A stretch of 64,000 nt of DNA from an uncultured Verrucomicrobiae bacterium (GTDB taxonomy: Bacteria > Verrucomicrobiota > Verrucomicrobiia > Limisphaerales > UBA11358): contig CAVQGB010000013.1 in NCBI GenBank assembly GCA_963711945.1, positions 3,893 through 67,892 on the forward strand. Reading direction: 5' to 3'. A program made the position numbers and the translations under genes. Shown here piece after piece: positions 10,105-20,841 of the stretch. The stretch's first letter is position 1; each line of letters opens with the position of its first letter. A model generated the notes under the pieces. It did no database searches. It was not told the DNA's origin and saw only the letters and a program-made list of their open reading frames with translations.

Positions 10105-11130
10105 ATGAAAATGAAACTGCGTTATCGTTTATTCCTACGCCGCAAAAGCGTTTACTACGCCTTTGACGACACCACCAAAACCTTCACCAGCCTCAAGACC
10201 AAAGACAAGGCCGAGGCCAATCGCCTGCTGATGGCCATGAACGAGGCGGGCAAACAGCCCGCCATGAACTTGAGCCTTGCCCGCGTCTATCTGCGGCACA
10301 GCGACCCGATGGTTTCCGTGCGCACCTGGCAGAACGTGCTGGAGGAAATCATCGGCATTAAAACCGGCCCGACGCAGGCGCGTTGGAAGTCAGCCGCCAA
10401 GGACAAGGCGTTCGTTCCGCTGCTCCCTCGTATTCTGATTGAGACGCAGGCGGAACATTTGCTGGCGGTATTGCGCGCCGGCACGGTGTCAACCAATGCG
10501 TTTCTGCGGAAGGTTCACAACTTCGCGGTGGACATGAATTGGCTGCCCGCGACGGTAATCCCCCGCCGGCAATGGCCGGCCATCCACTACAAGGAGAAAC
10601 GCGCCATCACGCTGGAGGAACACCAGAAGATCATCGCCGCCGAGGTCAACCCGGAGCGCAAGACGCTGTATCAATTGTGCTGGCACTTGGGCGCGAGCCA
10701 GGGCGACATCGCGAACCTGAAAGGCGAGGACGTGGACTGGACCAACAACACCGTCAGCTTTGTCCGCAAAAAGACCGGCGTGCCGGTGCTGGTGCATTTG
10801 GGCGGCGAGGCGCTGAATTTGTTCCAAGACCTGCCCGCCGAAGGCCCGCTGTTTCCGTATCTGTCTCGCGTGCGGGCTGGCGACCGGGCGACGGAATTCG
10901 CTTCGCGTTGCCGCCAGCTCGGCATTACAGGCGTGACGCTTCACAGTTACCGTTACGCTTGGGCGGAACGCGCCAAGACCGTCGGCTATCCCGAACGGTT
11001 CGCGCAGGAGGCTTTGGGACACAACAGCAAGGCCGTGCATCGCGCCTATGCGAAACGCGCTTTGATGAAAATCCCGTCCTTGGAAGACTACGAGCAACGG
11101 GCTGCCGTGAAGGTTGAACCGGTGGCTTGA
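10105..11130 (+). CDS. tyrosine recombinase / phage-type integrase
   Basis: Box II is LHSYRYAWAERA (H-x-x-R) and LGHNSKAVHRAYAK (H...Y). The N-terminus is arm-binding-like (RKSVYYAFDDTTKTFTSLKTKDKAEA). It lies beside the att-like repeat. Confidence 0.85.
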   Translation: MKMKLRYRLFLRRKSVYYAFDDTTKTFTSLKTKDKAEANRLLMAMNEAGKQPAMNLSLARVYLRHSDPMVSVRTWQNVLEEIIGIKTGPTQARWKSAAKDKAFVPLLPRILIETQAEHLLAVLRAGTVSTNAFLRKVHNFAVDMNWLPATVIPRRQWPAIHYKEKRAITLEEHQKIIAAEVNPERKTLYQLCWHLGASQGDIANLKGEDVDWTNNTVSFVRKKTGVPVLVHLGGEALNLFQDLPAEGPLFPYLSRVRAGDRATEFASRCRQLGITGVTLHSYRYAWAERAKTVGYPERFAQEALGHNSKAVHRAYAKRALMKIPSLEDYEQRAAVKVEPVA

Positions 11131-11319
11131 ATGCTGCGCCCGGCTGGACTGGCAACGGTTCAGCCGGTTTTGCCATATTGGGGATTCTGCGGCCATCCCC
11201 AAACCCCGCCGCCAAAGGCATGGCCTCTGGACTCCTTTATCCGCTCGCGCTGGCCGGAACGCTGACGCGCCCTTTCCGACCGGGCGGAAAGGAATTGGTT
11301 TTGGTGATCCCCGTCGCCG

Positions 11320-11640
11320 TTATTGGACAATCAGTATTTCCGATTGTTCCTTGCCCCGTTGTTTTTTGTTCTGCTCCTGAATCTGCTTTTCCACGATGCG
11401 AACGGCCTTGTCGAGCCAGTCCGGGTCACAGCTCATTCGCTCGATCTCGACGGTTGCAAACCATTTGCGGGCATTTTGTGCGGGCTTGCCCAGCGGTTTG
11501 AGATGCCCGGCCCGCACCAGGAACGGCAGGTAGTAATTCGGCCAGCCGAACATCGCCGCAGCCTCCTCCATGCTCACACACGCACGCCGGGGCCGTCCGT
11601 TTGATGTTGCCTGTCGTTCCATTGTGATGTTCCGATTCAT
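11320..11640 (-). CDS. helix-turn-helix DNA-binding protein, excisionase/AlpA-like
   Basis: VSMEEAAAMFGWPNYYLPFLVRAGHLKPLG...RKWFATVEIERM resembles excisionase-family HTH proteins. It is the last gene of the leftward E1 operon, and its start overlaps the preceding stop (ATGA). Confidence 0.5.
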   Translation of the reverse strand: MNRNITMERQATSNGRPRRACVSMEEAAAMFGWPNYYLPFLVRAGHLKPLGKPAQNARKWFATVEIERMSCDPDWLDKAVRIVEKQIQEQNKKQRGKEQSEILIVQ

Positions 11641-11795
11641 GCTTTTCCTCCCCGACGCTCCGCCACGATCTTCCCCTCATATTCCTGCAACGCGAACCGA
11701 AGCCGCAACAGCAAGGCCAGGTCCGCCGCCGAGAGCTTCCGCTTCTCGCCGGACTTGACCAGCCGCCACAGCATTTTCAGTTCGCTCGTTTTCAT
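11637..11795 (-). CDS. hypothetical small protein (52 aa)
   Basis: An internal ATG gives MKTSELKMLWRLVKSGEKRKL.... It is chained by overlapping stop/start to both neighbours (TGATG at 11793-11797, ATGA at 11637-11640). Confidence 0.35.
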   Translation of the reverse strand: MKTSELKMLWRLVKSGEKRKLSAADLALLLRLRFALQEYEGKIVAERRGGKA

Positions 11796-12049
11796 CAGTG
11801 GTTCAGACACGACTCGAATTCCGTTCCCGCCCGGTTCAAATCTTCCCGCAGATACGGCAGCCAATCCCGCGCCGGTATCGGCGACACCGGCCAGGCTCCG
11901 GCCTCCGTCACCCACTCGGCCTCATACAAACGCGAGGCAAAAGGGTCGGCCTCCACTTCGCGCAGCCGGCCGCGAATGCGCCGCATCGCCGCCAAGGCGA
12001 CATCCCGGGCCGCCTCGCGCACCAACCGTTCGTTGTAGGTTTCTCTCAT
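11795..12049 (-). CDS. hypothetical protein (84 aa)
   Basis: It is an ORF in the E1 leftward operon. No motif was recognised. Confidence 0.35.
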   Translation of the reverse strand: MRETYNERLVREAARDVALAAMRRIRGRLREVEADPFASRLYEAEWVTEAGAWPVSPIPARDWLPYLREDLNRAGTEFESCLNH

Positions 12050-12097
12050 GGTTCGATTTGATCTGGACGTAATTCTTCTTCAAGCAATCCCGCCCTA

Positions 12098-12149
12098 CCC
12101 CCACCCGCCGCTCCGCGGCGGGTGGGGGCAAGGCGGGAACTGCCTTGCC
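12098..12149. other. two adjacent GC-rich hairpins in the 258-bp gap downstream of the Rep-like gene
   Basis: 12098-12111 (CCCCCACCCGCCGC) pairs perfectly with 12115-12128 (GCGGCGGGTGGGGG) around a 3-nt loop. GGCAAGGC (12127-12134) pairs with GCCTTGCC (12142-12149) around a 7-nt loop. Confidence 0.6.
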
Positions 12150-12307
12150 CGGTGACAACTGGCAGAATTGCCGCAGCCTGGACGAATCTAGTGCCCCTGT
12201 TTGCAGCTTTTACGGCCCGGCTGGAGCTGGTCTTAAGCCTGCTGCAATCCAAATGCGGTGTGCGCCGTTATCGCCAGCGCAGTGGCCGCCTTCACAGGGA
12301 GTTCGCC

Positions 12308-12826
12308 TTACTCCGCTTTGCGTTGTCCTTGACGGCGTCTCTTCCCTATTTGTCGCCGGCCTTCAAGCACTTTGAAGACCGACTCGGAAAGCATGACGTC
12401 GCAGTGTTTCCCAAACTTTTGGGTCTCGTAAAAATCCCCGCCGGCGCGCTGGTATTCAGCTTCACAGCCTTTGAGGACATAGCCCACACCGTCAAGCAGT
12501 GGGCTATAAAGGGTCACGCGTGCCATCCCGCCACCGAATTGCTCCCATATTTTCATGAATGCAAAACAGGTGGCTGTGGTCAGCGCGTGTTTAGGAAACC
12601 CTGCGATTAGTGCGTGCAGGTGCAAACGCCCGGTTGCTTCACCAGCTTCCGTTCGCAGGCACCAGATCGTTTTCTTGAAATGAACCCCGAAATTGTCCGC
12701 CTGCTCCCGCATGAGTGCGAAGAACATCTTTATGCGCACCGCGTCCGCCAGGCGTTCACTTTTAAACGTGAGCGAGGCGAACAGTTGCCATTCGATGAGT
12801 GACAGGGCGTAGATTTCGGGGTTCAT
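12308..12826 (-). CDS. HUH-endonuclease-superfamily Rep-like protein (rolling-circle initiator or relaxase-like), 172 aa
   Basis: Three motifs occur in canonical order: FASLTFK (motif 1), GRLHLHALIAG (HUH motif 2) and GYVLKG (Y-x-x-K motif 3). Confidence 0.55.
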   Translation of the reverse strand: MNPEIYALSLIEWQLFASLTFKSERLADAVRIKMFFALMREQADNFGVHFKKTIWCLRTEAGEATGRLHLHALIAGFPKHALTTATCFAFMKIWEQFGGGMARVTLYSPLLDGVGYVLKGCEAEYQRAGGDFYETQKFGKHCDVMLSESVFKVLEGRRQIGKRRRQGQRKAE

Positions 12827-12835
12827 TTTGTGTGT

Positions 12836-13114
12836 TTAGTTTTTGCCGTCCGGGCCGTTGATGATCGCACCACGCGCCCGGAGACGACCGCCAAAGGGCA
12901 CCAGCTCGCGCACTCCGATGACAATGTGCTTGTCCAGGAGCTTGCCGGCCCATTTGGCTTTTTCGTCATCCGTCAGCGTGTAATCAAACGGCACGAGCAG
13001 ACGGTAGCCAGACGGGTCAACGTCCTGGCAGGTGATGATTTGGCTTTTGACCAAGCCCCGTTTCCCGACGTATTCGTCAGGCCGGTCCGATATGATTGCG
13101 ACTTTGAGCTGCAT
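12836..13114 (-). CDS. 92-aa protein, possible OB-fold ssDNA-binding protein (filamentous-phage g5p-sized)
   Basis: The start was re-picked at MQLKVAIISD. It ends 9 nt upstream of the Rep-like gene. Size, beta-strand-like alternation and position beside Rep recall g5p, but there is no sequence-level proof. Confidence 0.3.
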   Translation of the reverse strand: MQLKVAIISDRPDEYVGKRGLVKSQIITCQDVDPSGYRLLVPFDYTLTDDEKAKWAGKLLDKHIVIGVRELVPFGGRLRARGAIINGPDGKN

Positions 13115-13267
13115 TGTTTTTCTTTCGTTTTTCGGCACACGTTGAATTCCAGTCCATTGCCGACTTGAACTGAAACTGTGAAGGTTCCCCTTCGCCGCGC
13201 GCAATATGCGCCGAAGGTGGTAGGCTGTCAGGAGATTGGGACAAGACGCCGGGGATGGCGTCCTAAA

Positions 13268-14200
13268 CTATTGACTTTCGGTCTTGGGAGGCGGTCCGGG
13301 CGGACGTTTAGTGGTCAGGTCGAGCCGCTCACGGCGTTTTTTGATGAAGTCAGCCGTCAGCTTGAAACCGGGCGCCAGCCACCTCCAAACCTTGCTGAAG
13401 ATTGAATCCGAAAGTTCTTTGGCGGTCATGCGGTTGTAATTCTCACGCAACCAGTTCAAAGCAAGGTCATGATTTATAGGATCAAGTTGGCGACGTGGCT
13501 CGCGCATGACTTCGCTAAATTCACACATCCAGCCCGTCCCAATCGGATTGCTCCGCTGCCAAGCCAACACTTCAGCTTCCTTCCAGTAATGCGCCAGCTC
13601 GGCAAAAAATGATTGAACTGCTTGACGCTCCACGAACTGGCGTTTGATTGGGTCTTTCGTTGCGTTGGCAATTTTGATCAAGGCAACCGTTTTGGGCTGC
13701 AATTCTTCCATTACCTTCAATCGGGCGTGATACAGGTCATATTTTTCCGTGTCACGGGGGTCGGGTTCTTCCTGATAGTTCGGATGCTTATCCTCAATGT
13801 ATTGGTAATCCTCTTCTTTGGCTTCAAAACATTGAGTCAAGTCCAGCAATTCTTCTCTGGTCGTGTTTTCAAAGTCCTTCATTTGCTGCATTCGCTTCCG
13901 GGCATCGTCTTCCGTTGCCGGCGGCGAACGAAGGTAACAGCTATCGCCTCTTTCTTCGTGTCCGTCCTCAAATCTATACCACTGGGCAACTATCCAAATT
14001 TCCTCACCCGGCTCACAAAACTCATGGAACGGCGGCGCATCCTCGTCCGGGTGATTGGCAAAATCGCTGGCCTTCATTTTGCCATAACCGAAACAAATGC
14101 GGACTGCCGGCACCGGCGCAAGCTGGATATGATCCCGACATTCGATCAGTCGAACGCCGGCAAACGGCGGAATATACAATTTTTCGGGTTCCACGGACAT
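13268..14200 (-). CDS. hypothetical acidic protein (310 aa), first gene of E1 leftward operon
   Basis: It is a long ORF with coding-like composition and a Pro/Lys tail (KRPPGPPPKTESQ). No family was recognised. Confidence 0.45.
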   Translation of the reverse strand: MSVEPEKLYIPPFAGVRLIECRDHIQLAPVPAVRICFGYGKMKASDFANHPDEDAPPFHEFCEPGEEIWIVAQWYRFEDGHEERGDSCYLRSPPATEDDARKRMQQMKDFENTTREELLDLTQCFEAKEEDYQYIEDKHPNYQEEPDPRDTEKYDLYHARLKVMEELQPKTVALIKIANATKDPIKRQFVERQAVQSFFAELAHYWKEAEVLAWQRSNPIGTGWMCEFSEVMREPRRQLDPINHDLALNWLRENYNRMTAKELSDSIFSKVWRWLAPGFKLTADFIKKRRERLDLTTKRPPGPPPKTESQ

Positions 14201-14761
14201 GTTTTAACTAACACCAAAAGCTTCATTTTGTTGCTCCTCTGAAATCGTGACCAAACCCGGCCGCCTCCATCTCCGCGTCAATCCGGCCTCCGTTCCACTT
14301 GTGTGCTCGTTCCGTCGCGCTGAATTTGCACCCGTCCCCGCGCCAGACTTTCAGCCAACGCGCTTGACGCCGTAAGCCGAAAGACTGGCCTGCCCCAAGA
14401 CACCCCACGCGACCGAACGGCACAAAGCTTCTCTCCGCCCGGCTTGCCGCTCCATTCCGGCTGCCTCTTAATACGCACCCCATGATACTATCCAGAAGTA
14501 ATGGATATATTATGAATTAAATATACTTAGTTCAGTCTTATCAATGTCACAAAATAGTCATTGCACGCGTTTTATAAGAGGTGTAAAAGGGTGCCGCTCT
14601 TTCGAGTCCGTGTGCGGATCGCGCGTTGGGTTTGTGAAAACAAATAGTCAGACTGGGTTGATGGCACGCTTGGTTTGGGTTTCTGGGCGTGGGGGAGATT
14701 GCTGTTCTTCAGAGGGCCATTCAATTCGCAATCTTACATTCTGTGGTCATTCCTCTTATTT

Positions 14762-17700
14762 ATGAAAATCATATCATTGTCCATTTTGGCGTTGACCGTC
14801 TCTCTGGCGGAGGCGCAGACCACCACGACCGGGGCGCAGGGTGCCGTGGCATCTCCGGCGCTGCCGAACCCAACGGCCTTTTCACCAGTCTCAAGCGACG
14901 GTGGTTCCACCGTGTGGGAGCGGACGGCGTATAGCGCGGGAACCAACGGAACGGTAGTCGCCAGGAAATCTCGCTACACAGAATTAAGCAGCGGACTGAA
15001 TTACAGGCAAAACGGCCAGTGGGTAAAGTCCCAGGAACAAATCAACATCCTGCCGCAAGGCGGCGCCGAGGCCGTCCAAGGCCAGCATCAGGCGCATTTT
15101 CCCGGCGACATCTACAAAGGACAAATCGAGTTGGTGACTCCCGACAACAAGCACCTGAAAAGCCGTCCGCTGGCCATCAGTTACGACGACAGCCAAAACA
15201 CGGTGTTGATTGGCCAATTGAAACATTCGGTCGGCGTATTGGTCGCTTCCAATCGTGTGATTTATCCGGATGCCTTCTCTGGAATCAAGGCAGACATCGT
15301 TTTCGAATATCGGAAAGGCTCGTTCAGTCAATCGGTGGTTTTGAGGGAACAACCGCCCACGCCGGAGAGCCTGGGCTTGAAGGCGCAGGCGCATTTGCAA
15401 TTGTTGACAGAATTCACGGGTTCGCCAGACCCCGTCCAAAAAACAGCGGCGCGGGATGCGAAGGACAATTTGCAAGATAGCACACTATCGTTCGGAGCCG
15501 GGGGCATGACGATGGTGCAAGGCAAGGCGTTTTCAATGGGTGGCAGCGGAAGTGATTCCGCTCAAAATAATCAGAGCCGATTCACATCGGCTGCTACAGG
15601 CAGCACGCCGACGTATAAGAGCTGGATGCATTTGCAGAACCGAACGTTTCTGATCGAGGAATTGCCCTATCAACGGCTGGCCACGCAATTGCAACAACTG
15701 CCGATGACGAGCCGACTGGAAACGGCGGACACGAATTTGCTCGCGGCGAATTCGATCCTGGGCAAGGTCTCGTCCCAAAGGTTACTGCCGCCGATGCGGG
15801 AGGCGGAGACGGAAACGGGGAAAATTCTGCTGGCCAGTGCGGACTGGTCCAGGCAACCCGGCGTGGTGCTGGACTATGAGGCGGTGGATTCCAGCACCGC
15901 CGATTTCACCTTTCAAAGCGACACCACCTACTATGTCAGCAGCGAGGTCTATCTGTCCGGATTGACGACGATTGCCGGGGGAGCGGTAATAAAATACGAC
16001 ACCAACTACATCTGCGGGGTTAACATCCTGGGAACAGTCCAATGCACGACCAGCCCGGACCACCCGGCGATTCTGACCTCCGCCGACGACAACTCGGTGG
16101 GCGAGGCGATAACGACGGGCGGTCCGAACAACGGCACGGGATCATTGACGCTGTGGGTGACAGGCGATTCAGGCGTCAACCTGGCCGACCTGATGGTTTG
16201 GATTTGGGATGGCAATGGAAATTACATCGTCACCGGCCAGTCTTTATATTGGAATGGTTCCTACGAACCCATTATCTTCCCCGCCGGGGTGGGGCAAGGC
16301 TATGGGTTTGGGGCCGTCTGCGACGGTGAGTATTGGGAATCGAGCTTCTGGCCAACACTGAACACCGGCACTTTGACGCTCTCCTCCGGGAGCGCTTCCA
16401 CCTACCAAAACTTGTCTTACAGTGAGACGGGCGATGCGCTGGCGACGCAGGCGGGGGCAGCCGTGGGGTTGTCGTTGCCTTGGGGATCGTCGGTGAACGA
16501 TCTGGTCATCCGCAATCTGGGCACAGGTTTGCAGAGCGGTTATGGATTATGCTCGGTCACCAACGTGCAATTCCTCCATTGCGGCGTGGCGTTTGATTTG
16601 GAACCTTATGCGTCCCTTTACGCGGGCAATATCCTGATGTCCCAGGTGGACCTGGGCTTTTCCGGCCAGGCATTTGGGGCGACGGTCGAACACCTGACTT
16701 TTGATCAGGGGGCATGCCTTGCGGAAGATGTCAACCCGGGCTACTACAGTTTCACGCTGAACAATTCCCTGCTGACGGGCATTGCCGATTACGGAAACGT
16801 GGACCTTTCCACCAACGAGGTGGTCGCGCTTTCATCCGGTGCCGGGGTGTATGCAACCGCCGGCAATGACAATTACTATCTGGCCCCGAACAGCCCTTAT
16901 CGCAATACGGGCACGACGGGCATCGCCCCGGATTTGTGGGCCGAACTCCAGACACTGACTACCTCCGCGCCACAGGATGGCGGCTGGCCGGACAATGATG
17001 GAATGCCCGACCTCGGTTATCATTATCCGGTAAATACAAACTCCCTCTTCAATGGAGTCCCAGCGTGGTGGCTATGGAAATATTTTGGCACATACGCTTA
17101 CAGCGGCACCAATCTCGATGACACTGGCACCAACACCCTGCTCCACGATTACACCTACAACCAAATCCCCGCCGTGTTCAGTTTCACCGGGTTGGAAGTG
17201 ACCAATGTCTATGTTCATTCATCGTGGGTTCCAGTGCAATTGGACGTGACGGGGAATCCGTATTACGTCGCGATAACCGTGGACGACACCAACTTTTTGA
17301 ACGATGCGACGTGGACCCTTTATGCGGGGGCCAATATCAGCGCGTTTCTCGGCACGACGCAAGGCTGGCATGACGTGCGGGTTGGTTTGCGCGGTCATGG
17401 GGATGCCCCGAGCAGCGCCGTGTGGCAGGGAGTTCGGTTGAATCTGGATCCCACGCCGCCGTTGTTATTCATCACCAATCTAGCGACGCGCACACTGGGC
17501 GTCCCTCTGGTGCAGGTGCAAGGATATGCGGGCGAGCAATTGGCGGCGTTGACTTTTGATGTCAGCAACGCCACGGGTGTTGTTGCCGGGCAACAGGGCA
17601 TCGTGATGAACCGGGATTTTGACACGAGCGTATGGGGCTTTACGACGAATTATTTCCAGTGCTTCGACATCACGCTGGTTCCGGGAACAAACCTCGTCAG

Positions 17701-20103
17701 CATCCACGCGACGGACGTGGCGGGAAACACGACGACCACGAATCTGCTGCTCAACCTGGATTTCTCCACGCGGACCGATCCGCCAGCGGTGGCGCTGACC
17801 TTTCCGCAGGACGGCCTGAAGGTGAGTGGCACGAAATTCACGCTGGATGGCTTCGTAGACGACCCGACGGCGACCGTAGCCGCGCAAATCGTGGACGCCG
17901 GCGGGAACACCAACGTGGCGAGCGGCGAAGTGGAACGGACCGGGCGGTTTCTGGGTGGATGATCTGCCGTTGAACGCAGGAGCGAACTTGTTAACCTTGA
18001 CCGTGACCGACGCGGCGGGACACAGCAGCGTGACAAACATCGGCGTGATTCAAAGCACGGTGACGTTGACCATGGACTCACCAACGGATCCCAGCCAGTT
18101 GTGGCATCCGGCGATGGATGTGAGTGGCACCATTTCAGTTTCGGGTTATGCTGTGAGTGTGAACGGCATAGCGGCCACGGTTAGCGGGAATGCTTGGAGC
18201 GCACCCAACGTGCCCGTGCCTCCCGGCGGTGTGGCGAGTTTTACGATGCTGGCAATCTCCGGGGGCCAGACGAACGCCAACAAGTCCAATCCGGCCAAGC
18301 CGGACCTTGGCATTATCATTCAAAGCGACATGCAGGCGGCGACAAATCACACGGATGCGCGAAGGGAGTTTTGGGACGTGTGGAACGACGGCACCTGCGA
18401 TGAAACATGGGTGACAAATGAATTGGCGCAGCACTGGACCAATGGGCTTGGCGGCAGCGCCAGTTCAACCGTTGCGTCGGATTTTTGGGTTGGTGATTGG
18501 GGTTGGCCGATTCCGGGCCAATGGAATATGACTCGTGATCCGGATTACCCTGGCATCCTTTTGGGGGGGTGGCTGTTTCCCGCAACGAACTCCGTTCCTT
18601 ATGCTAATTATGATCGAGGTTTAGGGGCGGTTCCCTATGGATTTAGCGTCAACGCGCCCCTGGGATGCGAATATTGCGAGGTGCAAACCAACTACACAAC
18701 GAAGACAACTTCAGACGACGGCCTGGAGGTGGATACTTTTTACCGCACCTACAAGCGGAACGCGCGGACGACGATGATGCTGGTGAGCGGGGGCCGGGGG
18801 ATGCCGGCGCGGCCGACCTTGCACCGGATTACGGGATGGGTGAAGCACATCCCGGCTGATCATTTTGATGCCAATCCGTCTTATTATGATTTCATTAAAA
18901 CTGACGTGCCGCCCACGTTTTATCATAATCTGCCACACGTGCCGAACGCCTCGGTGCATTTGCTGGGGAACAACACTCTGCACGATGACCCGAACACTCC
19001 GGGGGCGGGGTCGCTGTATTACGTCACCCCGGCGGGGGCCGGCCCGATTGATTGCACGCCGACGGTATATGGCGACAACTTTTACACGTGGGGTTTCAGC
19101 GACTTCCCCGATGACGGTAATGACACGCCGAGTTTCAGCGACACTCCGTATCAGCCGTTTATCACGGCCAACAGTATTAACATTACCACCAACACGCCGA
19201 CGTTTTGTGTGGGCCAAAATATAATATTCAGCATTGGATGGAATGGCTCTCCACCATATGTAGAAGGTGTAACGCATTGGACTCTGCCGGGGACATTTGT
19301 AAATACAAACCCCTATCCATATTGCCCCACGTATTACAATAAAAATGCCGATTTCCTGACGCGCATTTACTCAAGGGACAACACATTGAGAACATGGTGC
19401 TGGTATGTGCGGGATTTTGTCGCTCAAAGCGCCAGCGTGGCAATGAACCTCACCTTCCCTAATGGCCAGACCATCTTTATCGGGTCTGCGGGAAAGTTCA
19501 CGGTTTATAGACCGGAAATAGAGAGCTTTTATCTCTCGACTAATGTAACGGTTATTTTGGAAACAAACACAGATATCTGATTCAGGTCTTGGGGAAAAGA
19601 ACTTGCCAAGACCAAGTCAAATGAGGTGGATAACAGAAGTCGGCGCGGAGGCGGCATATCGTGGTTGGCTATCAAATGTTCAGTTAGTTAACTTCTGGGA
19701 TAAACATGATGCGGTTTATGAAACCCCAACGAGTGGCGACTTTTGGCTAGACAACAGTGATCCCTATGGCTTGCTTCCAAATAATAGCCCTGAACAATAT
19801 CTTGTCAGCACGTATTCTCCTCAGACAACGACTGTTACTCACGTTGATAGGCCGGCGATAGAAGGGAATTTTACTAATCTTATTGAATACTCTGGGGATT
19901 ATGTTTGCTATATTAGGTTTCAGCCTGACGGAGGAATTCCGATTACAATTGGGTCAGTAAGTTGGGGCTGGCATGGGAAGGCATCAACCGATACGAGTGG
20001 CCGCTGGAACTTAGATATAAACGACATAACTCATGTGATTCCAGATTTAGATGACGATACATTTCCGCAATGGAATAACATATACACCAACCACAACCCC
20101 TAA
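14762..20103 (+). pseudogene. giant secreted beta-helix / Ig-like repeat protein 'A' (about 1780 aa; two frame changes as assembled at ~17.95 and ~19.58 kb)
   Basis: It has a signal peptide (MKIISLSILALTVSLAEA/QT) and parallel-beta-helix-like repeats (VIRNLGTGLQ...VQFLHCGVAFD...). Ig-like modules occur, for example HATDVAGNTTTTNLLLNLD. The three ORFs 14675-17962, 17955-19580 and 19603-20103 are colinear with the single ORF of paralog B, so they are one gene. Confidence 0.7.
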
Positions 20104-20111
20104 ATCTACAT

Positions 20112-20765
20112 ATGACTATTAAACCTCTTATCTGGCAATGCCTTTTGCTACTGATATGTTGTCTGGCATCCGGATCTGGCGCAAAAGATGATTCACGAAT
20201 ACCTTTATGGCAACCTGATCCATTCATAATCAATATGACCAACGTCATTTGGGGGATCGAAACAAACCATGTTAAAGCCGGATTGGCAATTCAATACTCA
20301 TCAAGATCAACAAATGGTCCTATAGTTGGATTTTATGTCGTTGTGTATAACAACAGCGACACCAACGGAAATATTGCGCCCGTATTTAAGACAAAAAACG
20401 GATACGTAAAACAGAATATACTGTCGTTAGGTATTCCCCCTGATGGATATCGTTACACTATGGCTCTATTTGATACCAATGGGAATGCTGTAGCAAAAAC
20501 GGAATTGGGCAAGAAGCTTAAGCCCTTTGATTCGCAGGCCAAAATTGATAATTATCATGGCTACGGAGAGAGAGACATTCTCCCGTTTACATTGGATGTA
20601 TTGCCTTTTTCTTCAATTGTTCTGGAAGATTATTTTGTTATGACAAATGCCGGGAAATACCATCTTAGGTTTGTATTGAATACTTTTACAGGAGCGGATA
20701 AACTAGGCATTATCAAGCCGTTATGTCTTCCAGTAAATGCTGACATTGAAATCAAAAAATCGTAA
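20112..20765 (+). CDS. signal-peptide partner protein 'A-prime' (217 aa), unknown family
   Basis: It starts 8 nt after gene A with MTIKPLIWQCLLLLICCLASGSGA. It is paralogous to 24715-25398 (VIWGIETNHVKAGLAI vs LTWGQETNGVRVALIP; AGKYHLRFVL vs PGRYRVEYEQ). Confidence 0.65.
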   Translation: MTIKPLIWQCLLLLICCLASGSGAKDDSRIPLWQPDPFIINMTNVIWGIETNHVKAGLAIQYSSRSTNGPIVGFYVVVYNNSDTNGNIAPVFKTKNGYVKQNILSLGIPPDGYRYTMALFDTNGNAVAKTELGKKLKPFDSQAKIDNYHGYGERDILPFTLDVLPFSSIVLEDYFVMTNAGKYHLRFVLNTFTGADKLGIIKPLCLPVNADIEIKKS

Positions 20766-20841
20766 TAATTGAACCTTACACGCCAACCATAGCACGCATG
20801 GTGCCAATGAAAATCAAACGCCGGAAACGGGTCGGAAACGG

